A DNA stretch of 62,141 nucleotides, the filler included. It is 12 parts of 12 records of this genome, joined end to end, with 100 filler letters (N's around TTAATTAATTAA, not from the genome) between each part and the next. Parts side by side here need not be neighbours in the genome. Positions count along the whole stretch, not along the records: positions 32,059 to 36,292 come from SRR15195285_2253; positions 36,393 to 42,021 come from SRR15195285_2259; positions 42,122 to 47,029 come from SRR15195285_2261; 9 more parts are not named here. One strand, written 5' to 3'. Below are positions 33,749 to 43,948 of the stretch, one piece after another. The position numbers and the translations under genes were made by a program. The notes under the pieces are model-generated. The model was not told the origin of the DNA. It made no database searches and saw nothing but the letters and a program-made list of their open reading frames with translations. The stretch's first letter is position 1. Each line of letters opens with the position of its first letter.

Positions 33749-35770
33749 ATGGAGCCGCCCGCTGAGGAGGGTCTACCGCCAGATCAGCAAACCGAGATCA
33801 CGCTTGAGCCACTGCGCGAACAAGAGGCGGCTCTTGGCGCCATGCGCATCCGCGCGCTGTACAAGCGTGCGGAGGAGTTAAAAGTCGATGATGCACTGCT
33901 CGATGCGGCCGAGGATGCGGACGACACTAAATCGGCGATCATTGACTTGATTCTCAGCGCCGAGGGGCGTGATCTGCATGCCGCCGGCCATGACTGCCCG
34001 GAGCCCGAGCTCGGCGGAAGCAGTCTCGCTCTGAGTTCTCCGGGGCGAGCGCCAGACACAAAGCAGGCGTTGGGGGGTCACAGCATCCACAAGAAGAACG
34101 CACGGGTGCAGGCGTCGCTCGAAGGACTGCCAAGCATCTTTGCTGACCTGGCAGGTGCTGATCAACTGCTTCGATTTTCAGAGTTCAAGGAGGCGCTGGT
34201 TGTGCGGCTGCAGATTTCTCTCAGCGAGCACGAGATTGAACGGATATGGCATCGCCTTGTCGGTGAGCGGATGGTACCTGTGCGCAACGGGGTCGACGTC
34301 CTCGAGGCAAAGCTCACGCTTTCCGAATTTTCAGAGGGCGTGCAGCACGTTTCCTTCTTGCGCTGTTGTGTGCCAAGCCTTCAAAAGGGTGGCACCGAGT
34401 TTGTGATCTCGTCAAACTACAACTACAGCACGTCGACGAACGATAATTACGGCGTGGCTACTTCTGAAGCAACGCTAGTAGGAGAGTATGTGTCGATCCG
34501 AGAGTCACGCGACTACTCATATCATACGCACTACACGCCAGAGCGACAGCGTTGGCAAGATTTCGCGATCAAAACTGTAGTGTCACGCACCGAGCGGCAG
34601 GGAAATCCGTGGATCGTATATACCTGTGGGCCGATGGGAGCAGGCAAGGGTTTTGCGCTGTCTTGGATGTCGCGCAACGGCTACTTTCCACTCGAGGACA
34701 TTGTTTGCATTGACCCGGATCACTTTAAGAAGATGATGCCGGAGTGGCCACACTACGTTTCCGCGGGGAGTGATGCAGGAAGCTTGTGCCACCGTGAGTC
34801 CGGCTTTCTGCAGGAGATCGCTCAGGAAGTTGCAATGAAAAATTCGCAGAACTGTTGGGTCGACGGCTCGTTGCGAGATTCTGCCTGGTTTGCGCAAGTG
34901 TTTAAGTCAATCCGCCGCCGGTTTCCACACTACAAGATTGCTATTTTCGAGGTAGGCGCACCTGAGGAGGTCGTGCGGGAGCGCATCAAGCAGCGCGCCG
35001 AGCGTGAAGGTCGGGACATTCCTGAGCACTTGATCGTTCAAAGCCTGGCCTCGGTCGCCGAATCGCTCGATGTGCTCACGCCACTAGTGGACTTTGTAGC
35101 ACGAATTGACAACTCTGGGTCGTCACCCAAACTTCGAGCCTATATCCGTGTCACCGCAGACGGCAACTGGAGCCATATCAAACGCCGGTTTGCGAGGCCC
35201 GAGAGGGCAGGGTCCTTCCCAGGGGCGTTGGCGCCGTTGCTGCTTCGTAGCGTACCAGAGCCGTCATCAATGCTGCTTTCCACCCAGGCAAGTGGCTCTG
35301 GTGACGGCTCCGCCCTGGTCCGGCCTCTTGAGTTTGACGTGCGCTGCTCTGCACTCGACTCTATTCGTGGCGCATTTCGTGAGGTGAAGATGATTCTATC
35401 GCCAGGGTCCGAGGTGACCCTTCAAGGTGCCGCCCGCTTGTCAGCGGGCATCCCGACGGAAGCCACTACATTTGCCTTTGCATACCCGGTGAAGATGGAT
35501 TGGGCTAAGGTACCAGACGTGACGAGGCACAGCTGTGAAAGCCTGGCGGCAATGGCGGGCAGCTTCGTTTACTTTAATGCCGTGGGTGCCGTTTGTGGGG
35601 TCAATGCAGTTGCGTCGTTCATGGATGATGATGATGATGATGGCCACAGTACTGGTGTGGGCTGGCAAGCACTTGTGCAGAGAGGTAAGAAGCCGGCCAC
35701 TATAAACCCAAAACTCGCTGCATTCAGAGACAGGCGCAACCGGCAACGTGGCAAATTGCTGTGTGACTGA
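33749..35770 (+). CDS. Zeta-toxin-like P-loop kinase domain protein with N-terminal helical and EF-hand-like modules; true 3' end probably displaced
   Basis: Walker A TCGPMGAGKG, IDPDHFK, HRESG, VDGSLRD and RAEREGRDIP. Sequence after the poly-Asp at 35624-35641 looks non-coding. Confidence 0.8.
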   Translation: MEPPAEEGLPPDQQTEITLEPLREQEAALGAMRIRALYKRAEELKVDDALLDAAEDADDTKSAIIDLILSAEGRDLHAAGHDCPEPELGGSSLALSSPGRAPDTKQALGGHSIHKKNARVQASLEGLPSIFADLAGADQLLRFSEFKEALVVRLQISLSEHEIERIWHRLVGERMVPVRNGVDVLEAKLTLSEFSEGVQHVSFLRCCVPSLQKGGTEFVISSNYNYSTSTNDNYGVATSEATLVGEYVSIRESRDYSYHTHYTPERQRWQDFAIKTVVSRTERQGNPWIVYTCGPMGAGKGFALSWMSRNGYFPLEDIVCIDPDHFKKMMPEWPHYVSAGSDAGSLCHRESGFLQEIAQEVAMKNSQNCWVDGSLRDSAWFAQVFKSIRRRFPHYKIAIFEVGAPEEVVRERIKQRAEREGRDIPEHLIVQSLASVAESLDVLTPLVDFVARIDNSGSSPKLRAYIRVTADGNWSHIKRRFARPERAGSFPGALAPLLLRSVPEPSSMLLSTQASGSGDGSALVRPLEFDVRCSALDSIRGAFREVKMILSPGSEVTLQGAARLSAGIPTEATTFAFAYPVKMDWAKVPDVTRHSCESLAAMAGSFVYFNAVGAVCGVNAVASFMDDDDDDGHSTGVGWQALVQRGKKPATINPKLAAFRDRRNRQRGKLLCD

Positions 35771-35848
35771 CACGATTGTGGTGTGTCACTGTCTCTGGAG
35801 CCACGAGCTCAGCACAGCTCGGACCCGTCTCGAACTTGCATGGCACTG

Positions 35849-36292
35849 TCAAACTGCCACGGGGAAGTAGCAGCCCTCGTGCTTGGCTGGGAAATACCCT
35901 TCGAACTCGCCGATCTGCTTGATGCCTGAGGAACTTGTTCTGTCTAGACTACCGTCTCTTACCGCCTCAAGCGCAGCCTGCAGCGTTGAGGGCCGGAAGA
36001 CGTACACAAACGCGCCCGATTCGGGAGACAGCGCTCCCGGAAGCTGCTCTCCTGGCTTGATCCAGGCAAACGCGTACGCGCCCTTAGCGAGGAGCGCCGC
36101 TAGCGTCACCGGACGCAGACGGCCAGCTGCATTCAGCATCTGGTAGCTCTCCTCTGGCAACGGCAGTGGCGGGCAAAACTGCACGAGCAGCTGTACGCTT
36201 GGCAACCCACTCGCCACAACGCTGCTACTAGCGTCAAATTCCTCAGGCGCATCATCCTCATTATCATCATCATCATCATCATCATCATCATC
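35849..36292 (-). CDS. Open frame starting in (GAT)10; probable inverted C-terminus of the zeta-toxin-like gene
   Basis: No ATG; the frame is open from the contig edge (D10-NEDDAPEE...). RPVTL..AYAFAWIKP..GAFVYVF mirrors SEVTL..ATTFAFAYP..GSFVYF in the + strand gene. Confidence 0.65.
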   Translation of the reverse strand, partial: DDDDDDDDDDNEDDAPEEFDASSSVVASGLPSVQLLVQFCPPLPLPEESYQMLNAAGRLRPVTLAALLAKGAYAFAWIKPGEQLPGALSPESGAFVYVFRPSTLQAALEAVRDGSLDRTSSSGIKQIGEFEGYFPAKHEGCYFPVAV

Positions 36293-36670
36293 NNNNNNNN
36301 NNNNNNNNNNNNNNNNNNNNNNNNNNNNNNNNNNNNTTAATTAATTAANNNNNNNNNNNNNNNNNNNNNNNNNNNNNNNNNNNNNNNNNNNNTCTGGCGG
36401 CACTGCCACAGCCGAGGCACGCAGCGTCGGCCACGGCTGATGTGGTAGCTTCGCACACAGGTCTATGCGGCCCCGTACTCCCGATAGAGGGTGCTCGGAC
36501 GTATGGTTCCGCCATCAGCACGGGCGCTGTGGCCGTTTTTGTGCGTTTCAAGCAGCCCGATCTCGCGCGCCGCGCGGTTGCCGTACCGCGTACTGTGCGG
36601 GGGCTGAAGAACTGATCCTGATTCGCCTATTCAAGTTTGCATATTGATTATATACCATTCTGTGGGCCGC

Positions 36671-36786
36671 GCAGACCTCAGCTCAAGCCGACGCTTGGTC
36701 GGTCGGGAAAACACACCGCGAAGGTCGTGGGTTCGATTCCAGGTGCTGCAGGTCCAAGGACAACCCGCATTCCCCGCTGTTTTTTT
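36671..36786 (+). pseudogene. Degenerate tRNA-like element (tRNA pseudogene or SINE head)
   Basis: A-box-like AGCTCAA, variable loop/B-box AAGGTCGTGGGTTCGATTCC, imperfect acceptor pairing GCAGACC/GGTGCTGC, and T7 at 36780-36786. No clean D or anticodon arm. Confidence 0.5.
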
Positions 36787-37132
36787 CGGATCGCCGAGCC
36801 TCGCACATGCTTTTTCGTTTTTGCTTCTCCCGCAGCGAACTACGAAAAATAGCACACCACAACAATCCCTGTTCTGCTGGTGCGGTTGTTCCAGAAGTCA
36901 TTGCTGAACGAACGGCCCATTGCCACTGCCCGGGCTGCCGCACTGTACTGTAGCCACACGGGGCTGCCGCTGCTGCTGCTGCTGGGGCTGCTGCCGCTTG
37001 GTGCCGTGGCTGCAGGGGCTGTGGCGCAGCAGCAGCCTGGGCGGTTGAGTGCGATGGGGGTGGCTGTGGGTCGGGGAGGGTCTTGGCTGCCCGCTTTGTG
37101 GTGAACAAGTTGGACGGAGGCACTGGGGGCGC

Positions 37133-40100
37133 ATGAACATTGCGAGGGCTATGCAGGAGGAGGGGCAGGGGGAGGAGGAGTACGACGGGGACCGGGAGGA
37201 TGCGGAGGGGGAGGAGGGGCGGCTGGCGCAGGGGCGGGACGTGCTCGTCAGGGAGGAGGAGGAGACGGAGGACGAGACGGTGGTGCGGTTCGCGAGCAGC
37301 GAGGGGCGGCGGCGTCCGAAGCAGGAGATGCTGACCGCGCACATCTCGGGGCTTACGGCGGCGCTCAAGAAGGCCAACTCGCTGCTCATGGAGTGCCAGG
37401 GGACGCTGATTGCGGAGCGCGAGGAGCACGGTAAGCAGGTGGCGCTGCTGCGCGCACGGGGCGCCGCCCACCGCATCGTGGCCTCCGAGCGCGCCACCAG
37501 ACTGGCGGCGGACTTGTCCGCCACCGAGGCCAAGGCGGCGCACGCCGAGGCCGAGGCCGCGGAGGCGCGCCGGCTGCTGGGCGCCGCGCAGCAGGCACTC
37601 ACCGCCAGCCAGCTCGCGCAGCGGGCGGCGCAGGACGAGGCGTCCAGGGCAGTCGCCACGCAGCGGACGGCAGAGCGGAAGGCTGCGTCGATCCAGGAGA
37701 TGCTGCAGTCCCGTGAAGCTGACCATGCTCGGTCTGTGATGCGCTGCGAAGAGCTGTCGCGTGAGCTCGCGGCGCACGGGCGGGAGTCGGCACGGGCTGC
37801 TGCCGGAATGCGCGACGCGTGCGTCGGCGACGACAGCTCCGCCGCGCCGCAGCTTCGTGACGTGGGCTGCCAGGCCGCCGCTCCGCCCCCGCTGCCGACC
37901 GCCGACCCCGTTGAGTCCACAGTGCTGGTCGCGGCTGGTTCCGATGTGTCTACTGGCGGCGACGCGAGTGGACGTCGGCGAGCCAAAAAAAGTCCGCCTG
38001 TGCAGAGCAAGTCCATGAACCGCCAGCATCGCCTCGTCCGTTCGCGGCTCAAGGCGGTGTGCGCCGCCGCGGCAGCAGCTGACGTAGACCATCAGCGCAC
38101 AGTTGTGCAGCTGCGTGACACACAGCGCCAGTTGCTCGCGCTCCACAAGCAGCTCCAGGACCAGGCGGCTGATCAGTCCGGCGCAGAGTCCAAGGTGACG
38201 ATGAATCCGTCCAACCGTGAGGAACTGCTGCGGCTCCGCTCGTCGTGCCAAGCGCTCAACACCGAGTTTGCACAGATGTCCGCGGCTGTGCGTGGCCAGC
38301 TCATGGCGGTGTCTCCGCAGATGGCAGAGATGGCGCTTACTGTGCAGGAGGCCATGAGGCGAGCATCATCGTCAGAGGCACTGCGCCAAGTGCGCGCCTT
38401 GCTGACGGAGGAGCAGGAGCTAAAGGCCATTGCAGTGGCTCGGTACCGCAAGGAGATGCTGCAGCGCAAAGCAATGTACAATCACCTGATGGAACTCAAA
38501 GGAAACATCCGGGTGTTCTGCCGCGTCAGGCCGCTGCTTTCAACCGAAGGCTCGAACGATTTGAGCGACGGCAGCAGCGGCCTTATGCAGCTGCCACCGT
38601 CGCTGGCCGATTCGCAGCGCAACGGTAACGGGCCCAACGATGCGGGTCTGCCTTTGGGTGGGTTAGTCCGGTTCGGCGATGATGGGGAGATAGAACTGAG
38701 GAACTCCTCGGATGGTCGACGCCACAATTTCGAGTTCGACAGTGTATTCCAACCACACCACGGACAGAGCGACGTGTTTGGTGATATTGAACCACTGCTG
38801 GTAAGCCTGGTCGATGGCTATGACCTCTGCATCTTCGCGTACGGTCAGACTGGCTCGGGTAAGACCTACACAATGGAAGGCGCCAGTCATGTTGCAAACA
38901 CAGCACAAACGGGTGCGAACGCCGACACAATTGCAACAGCGGCTTCATGCGAGATTGACAGCGAGGGTGTGTACGGTCGGACGATGCATTCGGTCTTTGA
39001 CCTGATGGCTGATCGAGCCGATGACCACGAGTACGTCGTCTCTCTGTCGATGCTGGAAATTTACAACGAGACCATCTGTGATCTCCTGTGCCACAATGAT
39101 GGCGGTGGCGCCAACACCAGCAGTCCACCGGCGACGCGTCAGCGGAACACGATCCGAATTCGTGACCGAGGGAACGGTACGAATGACGTGGGGGACCTGA
39201 GTGCCGTGGAAGTACACAGTGCAGAGGAGACGATGGAATGGGTTGCCCGCGGGCGTCGCAATAGGGCAACGGCATGCACGAACCTCAACGAGCACTCCAG
39301 CAGAAGCCATTGTGTCCTATCTCTGCACGTCAGAGCGATCAACAAGCACGAGTCCCTGCAAGGATCCGGTTCCGCAGCTGTCACTGAGAGCAGGCTGCGC
39401 CTGATCGACCTGGCTGGCTCAGAGCGTGTGTTCAGATCTGAGGCCACAGGTCAGCGACTGGAAGAAACAAAGGCGATCAACAAGTCGTTGTCAGCGCTCG
39501 GTGACGTCATCGCCGCTCTGAAACAGAAACAGGCGCACATTCCGTATCGCAACTCCAAGCTGACGCACTACCTGCAAGATTCCCTGAGCAAGAAGGCGTG
39601 CAAAACGTTGATGCTTGCTCAGGTGAGCCCGGCGGCAGATGATCACGACGAGTCACTGTGCACGCTCACATTTGCCCAGCGGGTTCGCGCTACAGAGCTA
39701 TCGCCGGTGTCGAAGAAGCAGAAGGGTGCTAAGGCGAAGGCTAAAGCGGCGGCTGCAGCGGCTTCGGCCGCATTTTACATCAGCTCCCAGGCTAGTGCAG
39801 CTGCTCGGACGCACTCCACCAGTACCAGCACCGGCAACAGGAACACCTGTGATGATCCTGCAGATAGTCCCAGTTTGGGTGGCAACGGTGACTCTCGCCA
39901 GATGCAAACTGCGGGGAAGTGCATGCCAAATTCCAGCTCTCCTGGAGGCGAGGCGTTGAGTTCTATGGAGGAAGGCAATGCAAAGCCTAGGAGCACAAGT
40001 AGCGGTTATCAGGACCCCATGAGCGACAAGCCAGGGCGCACACAGCAGGGGCAGCACGAGGAACGCCCTCAAGCACACCATTTAGACCATCTGCTCAACG

Positions 40101-40621
40101 ACAACAGTGTGGCTACGGAATCCCAATCTCGCCATGGCCGCGCCGGTGCCAGTGGTGGCAGCAACAGTAGTACTGGAGCCCCAACTTTGACAATTTTTGT
40201 CGACCCACCGGACACGCTTAGTGCAAAGCCAAAGCAGAAGCAAACTGCATTACGGTCGCCAGCGTCATCGCTTTATGCGAAAGTGGCTGCGCTGGAGGCG
40301 GCAGACAAGGAAAATCCTGACACCTACCAGTTGCACAAGCTGGCCAAACGAGGTGCTGTGGCGAAAGGAGTGTCCGAAGGTACGCCACATTGCCATTGCC
40401 ACCCCTGGCCCTGCCTGGTTGCTGATTCGTTCATGTGTGATGCAGCGACCCACCTAGGAAGTGGTGAGGAGAGCAGTGGCCACGATACCACCAGCGGCTG
40501 CAGAAAGCACCATGCGACTCAACGGCAACGCAAGGGACTGCGAATGGCGCATGCTCTACTGAACGAAAACAGCAACCGTGATGGGAACGGGGGCTACAAG
40601 GTGCAAACGGCGCGAGTGTAA
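37133..40621 (+). CDS. Kinesin-14 (KIFC-type) motor protein
   Basis: Coiled coil, then the neck RKAMYNHLMELKGNIRVFCRVRP, FAYGQTGSGKTYTM, NEHSSRSH, LIDLAGSER and HIPYRNSKLT. Possible in-frame intron from 40380. Confidence 0.95.
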   Translation: MNIARAMQEEGQGEEEYDGDREDAEGEEGRLAQGRDVLVREEEETEDETVVRFASSEGRRRPKQEMLTAHISGLTAALKKANSLLMECQGTLIAEREEHGKQVALLRARGAAHRIVASERATRLAADLSATEAKAAHAEAEAAEARRLLGAAQQALTASQLAQRAAQDEASRAVATQRTAERKAASIQEMLQSREADHARSVMRCEELSRELAAHGRESARAAAGMRDACVGDDSSAAPQLRDVGCQAAAPPPLPTADPVESTVLVAAGSDVSTGGDASGRRRAKKSPPVQSKSMNRQHRLVRSRLKAVCAAAAAADVDHQRTVVQLRDTQRQLLALHKQLQDQAADQSGAESKVTMNPSNREELLRLRSSCQALNTEFAQMSAAVRGQLMAVSPQMAEMALTVQEAMRRASSSEALRQVRALLTEEQELKAIAVARYRKEMLQRKAMYNHLMELKGNIRVFCRVRPLLSTEGSNDLSDGSSGLMQLPPSLADSQRNGNGPNDAGLPLGGLVRFGDDGEIELRNSSDGRRHNFEFDSVFQPHHGQSDVFGDIEPLLVSLVDGYDLCIFAYGQTGSGKTYTMEGASHVANTAQTGANADTIATAASCEIDSEGVYGRTMHSVFDLMADRADDHEYVVSLSMLEIYNETICDLLCHNDGGGANTSSPPATRQRNTIRIRDRGNGTNDVGDLSAVEVHSAEETMEWVARGRRNRATACTNLNEHSSRSHCVLSLHVRAINKHESLQGSGSAAVTESRLRLIDLAGSERVFRSEATGQRLEETKAINKSLSALGDVIAALKQKQAHIPYRNSKLTHYLQDSLSKKACKTLMLAQVSPAADDHDESLCTLTFAQRVRATELSPVSKKQKGAKAKAKAAAAAASAAFYISSQASAAARTHSTSTSTGNRNTCDDPADSPSLGGNGDSRQMQTAGKCMPNSSSPGGEALSSMEEGNAKPRSTSSGYQDPMSDKPGRTQQGQHEERPQAHHLDHLLNDNSVATESQSRHGRAGASGGSNSSTGAPTLTIFVDPPDTLSAKPKQKQTALRSPASSLYAKVAALEAADKENPDTYQLHKLAKRGAVAKGVSEGTPHCHCHPWPCLVADSFMCDAATHLGSGEESSGHDTTSGCRKHHATQRQRKGLRMAHALLNENSNRDGNGGYKVQTARV

Positions 40622-41010
40622 TGGAGTGACACTAATTCGGCAGCCTACTTTCATGAGTTGTCACACTATAGATCAAGATTCACTGACTCATCGCGTTGAC
40701 GTTGCCCGTACAAGAGCCACCGGGTTGTGGGCGCAGTGCAATTCAGCTCGGGGAGCGCGTTGTCAGCATCGCTCGCGCCGCAGTTGCCGACTCCGTCCGT
40801 TTGTTTGCCCGCCAGTGGGTCGGGCGTGCACGCGTCATCTGCCGACGCGTTCTACAAGAAGACCGTTCTACAGTTCCCTGTACCGCTGCCAGGAGTCCTC
40901 TGGGCCGGGGCCGAACCATCCCCTTGGTCGTGCTCGGTGTGGTGGCCCGGTTACGTGCCAGTGGCACGGCACTCGAGCACACTGTTCGAGATCAAGATCA
41001 CTGCGCTCGG

Positions 41011-41952
41011 TCAGGTCGACCCCACGCCCGTCGTTGGTGGCACCGTCATGAGGTAGTTATTGAGCTGCTCGTACGTCACAAACGTCACTGCGGTCGACGG
41101 GACGACGCGGATGAGGTTGACGCCCAGGCCGCGGTACATTCCTGAAAGCCCTTCGCCGCGCAGGATCTGCCTCAGCGCCCCGAGCAGTGAACCCGAGCCA
41201 TTCTTGGATCGCTGGTCCTGCATCTGGGCGCGCACGACCTCGTGCGGGTAGGTCAGCGTGGAGGCCACGAGCTTGCTGGTCGTCGACGCGACCAGTACGC
41301 CCGTGCTGGAGGCGCTGCCGTCGCCACCGTCGGCGAACACGGCCTTGAGCGCCTCGTACAGCGGGAACTGCACGGCGACGTGCGAGAGCCCGAGGAACGA
41401 CGCGGTGATGCCTTTGTACAGTCCCCGGAAGCCCTCCTGCGCCACTACGAGCCGCATCGTCTGGAACGTCCCGGTGTACTGCGGCGCCTCGCCGCTGTAC
41501 TTGACGTGAAGGTGCTGCGAGACCAGCCGCGTCCGCACCACCCACAGCGGGTTGGTGGCGACGTCGGTGATGAAGCCGCCGAGCACCGCTGCGCCCATGT
41601 GCGCCAGCGGCTTGTGGCGCTCCTCGCAGCGCGGGAGCAGGAACTGCTTCGCGGCCCGGTAGCACGGGAAGTAGACGCCCCAGAACAGCGGCACGGTCAG
41701 CATCGCGGATTGGTAGCCGCGGAACCAGCCGCGCACCCCCTCCTCGCGGTAGATCCCCATGAGGAACGGGACGAAGCCCGAGGGCGCGCGCTGGTGTACC
41801 TTGACGATCGCGTCCTGCACCTGCATGCGGGTCTTCACCACGTCCAGCGGGCTGCAGACCGTCGTCGTCAGCGCCCCCGCCCCGGCGCCGCTCAGCGCGC
41901 TGACGCTGGTGCTGCTCAGCCCGTATCGCCCCCGCGTCGAGTCGCCCGCCAT
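41011..41952 (-). CDS. Mitochondrial carrier (SLC25), NAD+ transporter NDT1 / folate-carrier-like
   Basis: Three carrier signatures: PLDVVKTRMQ, NPLWVVRTRL (Trp variant typical of NAD/FAD/folate carriers) and YPHEVVR. Also HVAVQFPLYE. Confidence 0.92.
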   Translation of the reverse strand: MAGDSTRGRYGLSSTSVSALSGAGAGALTTTVCSPLDVVKTRMQVQDAIVKVHQRAPSGFVPFLMGIYREEGVRGWFRGYQSAMLTVPLFWGVYFPCYRAAKQFLLPRCEERHKPLAHMGAAVLGGFITDVATNPLWVVRTRLVSQHLHVKYSGEAPQYTGTFQTMRLVVAQEGFRGLYKGITASFLGLSHVAVQFPLYEALKAVFADGGDGSASSTGVLVASTTSKLVASTLTYPHEVVRAQMQDQRSKNGSGSLLGALRQILRGEGLSGMYRGLGVNLIRVVPSTAVTFVTYEQLNNYLMTVPPTTGVGST

Positions 41953-42139
41953 CCCAGCCCTGCCGCCGCCGCCTTCGCCGCCGCCGCCGCCGCTGCTGCT
42001 GCGGCTGCTGCTGCGGCTGCTNNNNNNNNNNNNNNNNNNNNNNNNNNNNNNNNNNNNNNNNNNNNTTAATTAATTAANNNNNNNNNNNNNNNNNNNNNNN
42101 NNNNNNNNNNNNNNNNNNNNNCCCCTTGCATCCCATGCC

Positions 42140-43267
42140 ATGCCAGAGTACCTTCATACAGTTTCTGCGAGTGGAGTACAGGTCGATGGTGAACGACTGC
42201 CAGTTGGTTGGGACTCGCCACGTATGCGTCGAGCACTTGCAATAGTTGGCGTTGACCCAATGAAGCTGCTTCCGAAACCTGAAGGATGGAGTCAGCAAAA
42301 AGCCCATGGACGCCTCAGAGCGGGTACTTGCACAAGAACAAAGGTGTCAGATGGCACAGCCTGGGTAGCAGAGGCGTATAGACAGGAGCACTACGACGAG
42401 ACGCAGCGTTTGAAATTGCTGGCCAGAGTTGTGAAGTGTCGCCACAGCATTGTGGCAGCAGGTGGCAAAGGGCTGCCCGTCCAACCGAAGACTTTGCAGA
42501 AAAGCCAGCTCGAGCTGCAGCACCATGGGGTTCGTGACGAGCAATCTTTGCGGCCACATGGAATAAGTAGTGTACGTGATATCAGATCAGCTCAGCCATC
42601 GTCACTCACCCGACGAAAAGCCACTACGGCTCGTCCGGACTGGGTCGTGACTCCACGAGCAACGCGAACACCACAGCAAGTCGCTGAGCCCAGGCTCTCA
42701 GCGATCCAGCTTGCGCTGAAGCGGAAGATCGACTCAAGACTTAAGATTGCTGCCCCTCCAAGTAGGAACAACTGCACAACTGCTGGCGCTGCGAGAGTGG
42801 GGGCGCTAGATCTTGGCAGCTGCCGAATCGGAGACAAAGGAATGCGGTTGCTCAATGCGGCTCTCCGTGTGCGCGCTTCCACGTCGCAAGTAGGGTTGCC
42901 TCTCACTGCTATCTACCTCAACGGCAATGGGCTGACGGCAAAGGGTGTGTGCGAGCTGGAAATTTTGCTCGGGCAAAAGTTTGCCGCCCCAGGTTTGCAG
43001 GTGCTGAATGTCAATCATAATCCAGCACTGGGCGATGATGGGATTTGCAAGATAATCAATAAACTGCCCGCTACGATTCAGCAGCTGCAGCTGTCCGGCG
43101 TTGGCTGCGGGGACGTCAGCATGGCAGCACTTGCGGCACGAGTCGCCTCGCTACCGTCGCTGGAACAGGTGTCGTGCGGCAACAACGAAGCCATCAGTGA
43201 AAGAGGATGGACAGGACTCGCTGCGGGATTGCGTGCCAAGAACAGCTCGTTTGAAACTTCCTACTAG
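42140..43267 (+). CDS. Leucine-rich repeat protein (RNase-inhibitor-like); 5' end uncertain
   Basis: LDLGSCRIGDKG, IYLNGNGLTAKG, LNVNHNPALGDDG, LQLSGVGCGD and VSCGNNEAISERG. Confidence 0.8.
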   Translation: MPEYLHTVSASGVQVDGERLPVGWDSPRMRRALAIVGVDPMKLLPKPEGWSQQKAHGRLRAGTCTRTKVSDGTAWVAEAYRQEHYDETQRLKLLARVVKCRHSIVAAGGKGLPVQPKTLQKSQLELQHHGVRDEQSLRPHGISSVRDIRSAQPSSLTRRKATTARPDWVVTPRATRTPQQVAEPRLSAIQLALKRKIDSRLKIAAPPSRNNCTTAGAARVGALDLGSCRIGDKGMRLLNAALRVRASTSQVGLPLTAIYLNGNGLTAKGVCELEILLGQKFAAPGLQVLNVNHNPALGDDGICKIINKLPATIQQLQLSGVGCGDVSMAALAARVASLPSLEQVSCGNNEAISERGWTGLAAGLRAKNSSFETSY

Positions 43268-43948
43268 GATATGTGGCGACGGTCCGTGTCACTCTGCTGT
43301 TCTGAGCCGTGAATCTTCGTTGATAGAGATGCAGGTACATAATGACAATCATTCGATACAGCTGTACATATGATTCTAAATCTGGTAGCGCGCACAAGCA
43401 ATCTCACTGATGGTGATCGCACTGTCACACTAACTCCCGGTTATCATCATGCTTTTGGAGCACCGCTTGAAACTCGCAGGAAAGATTTCCATCCACCGTA
43501 CATATACGAATCATAGTCTCGCGCGAAGTTACAATTCGGTGCAGTTCTGTTTAGTCAACATAACCCGCGTCAAGTCGAGTTTGCAGGCTTGCAGTCCTCA
43601 TCCAAACTCGACCGCATTTTCCTGCAATCCCAAGAAGTCTGAGTTTGAACGAATGACACCACCCTTCTTCACTTTATGTAAGCAAGGGCTCACTTGATAC
43701 ATACAGTATACTACGCTAGTATGCTCGTGTACCTCGTGCCTGACGGGCACGCGCACCACGCGCGCGAGGCGCCCTCGATTTTCCTGGTGGATCTCGAACG
43801 TGTCGGCGGTGACACGCGCGCGGCCGGCGCCGCCGCGGCTCGAGTCGTCACGCACGGACCCGCGCGGGCGCGTGCGTGCCCTGAGTGGCTGCACACGTGC
43901 AGTGCACGCTGACAGTCGGTGCACGGTGCGCAAGGTGTACGCAACACA

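Noticed and set aside
32353-35770. Zeta toxin plus neighbour as a toxin-antitoxin or defence operon
   Set aside because: Eukaryotic context, and the neighbour is a divergent aldo-keto reductase rather than an epsilon/PezA antitoxin.
36683-38251. Long antisense ORFs (522 and 384 aa), and similar ones at 16559-17458, 30969-32006 and 41242-42069
   Set aside because: Shadows of GC-rich coding sequence on the opposite strand; no recognisable motifs.
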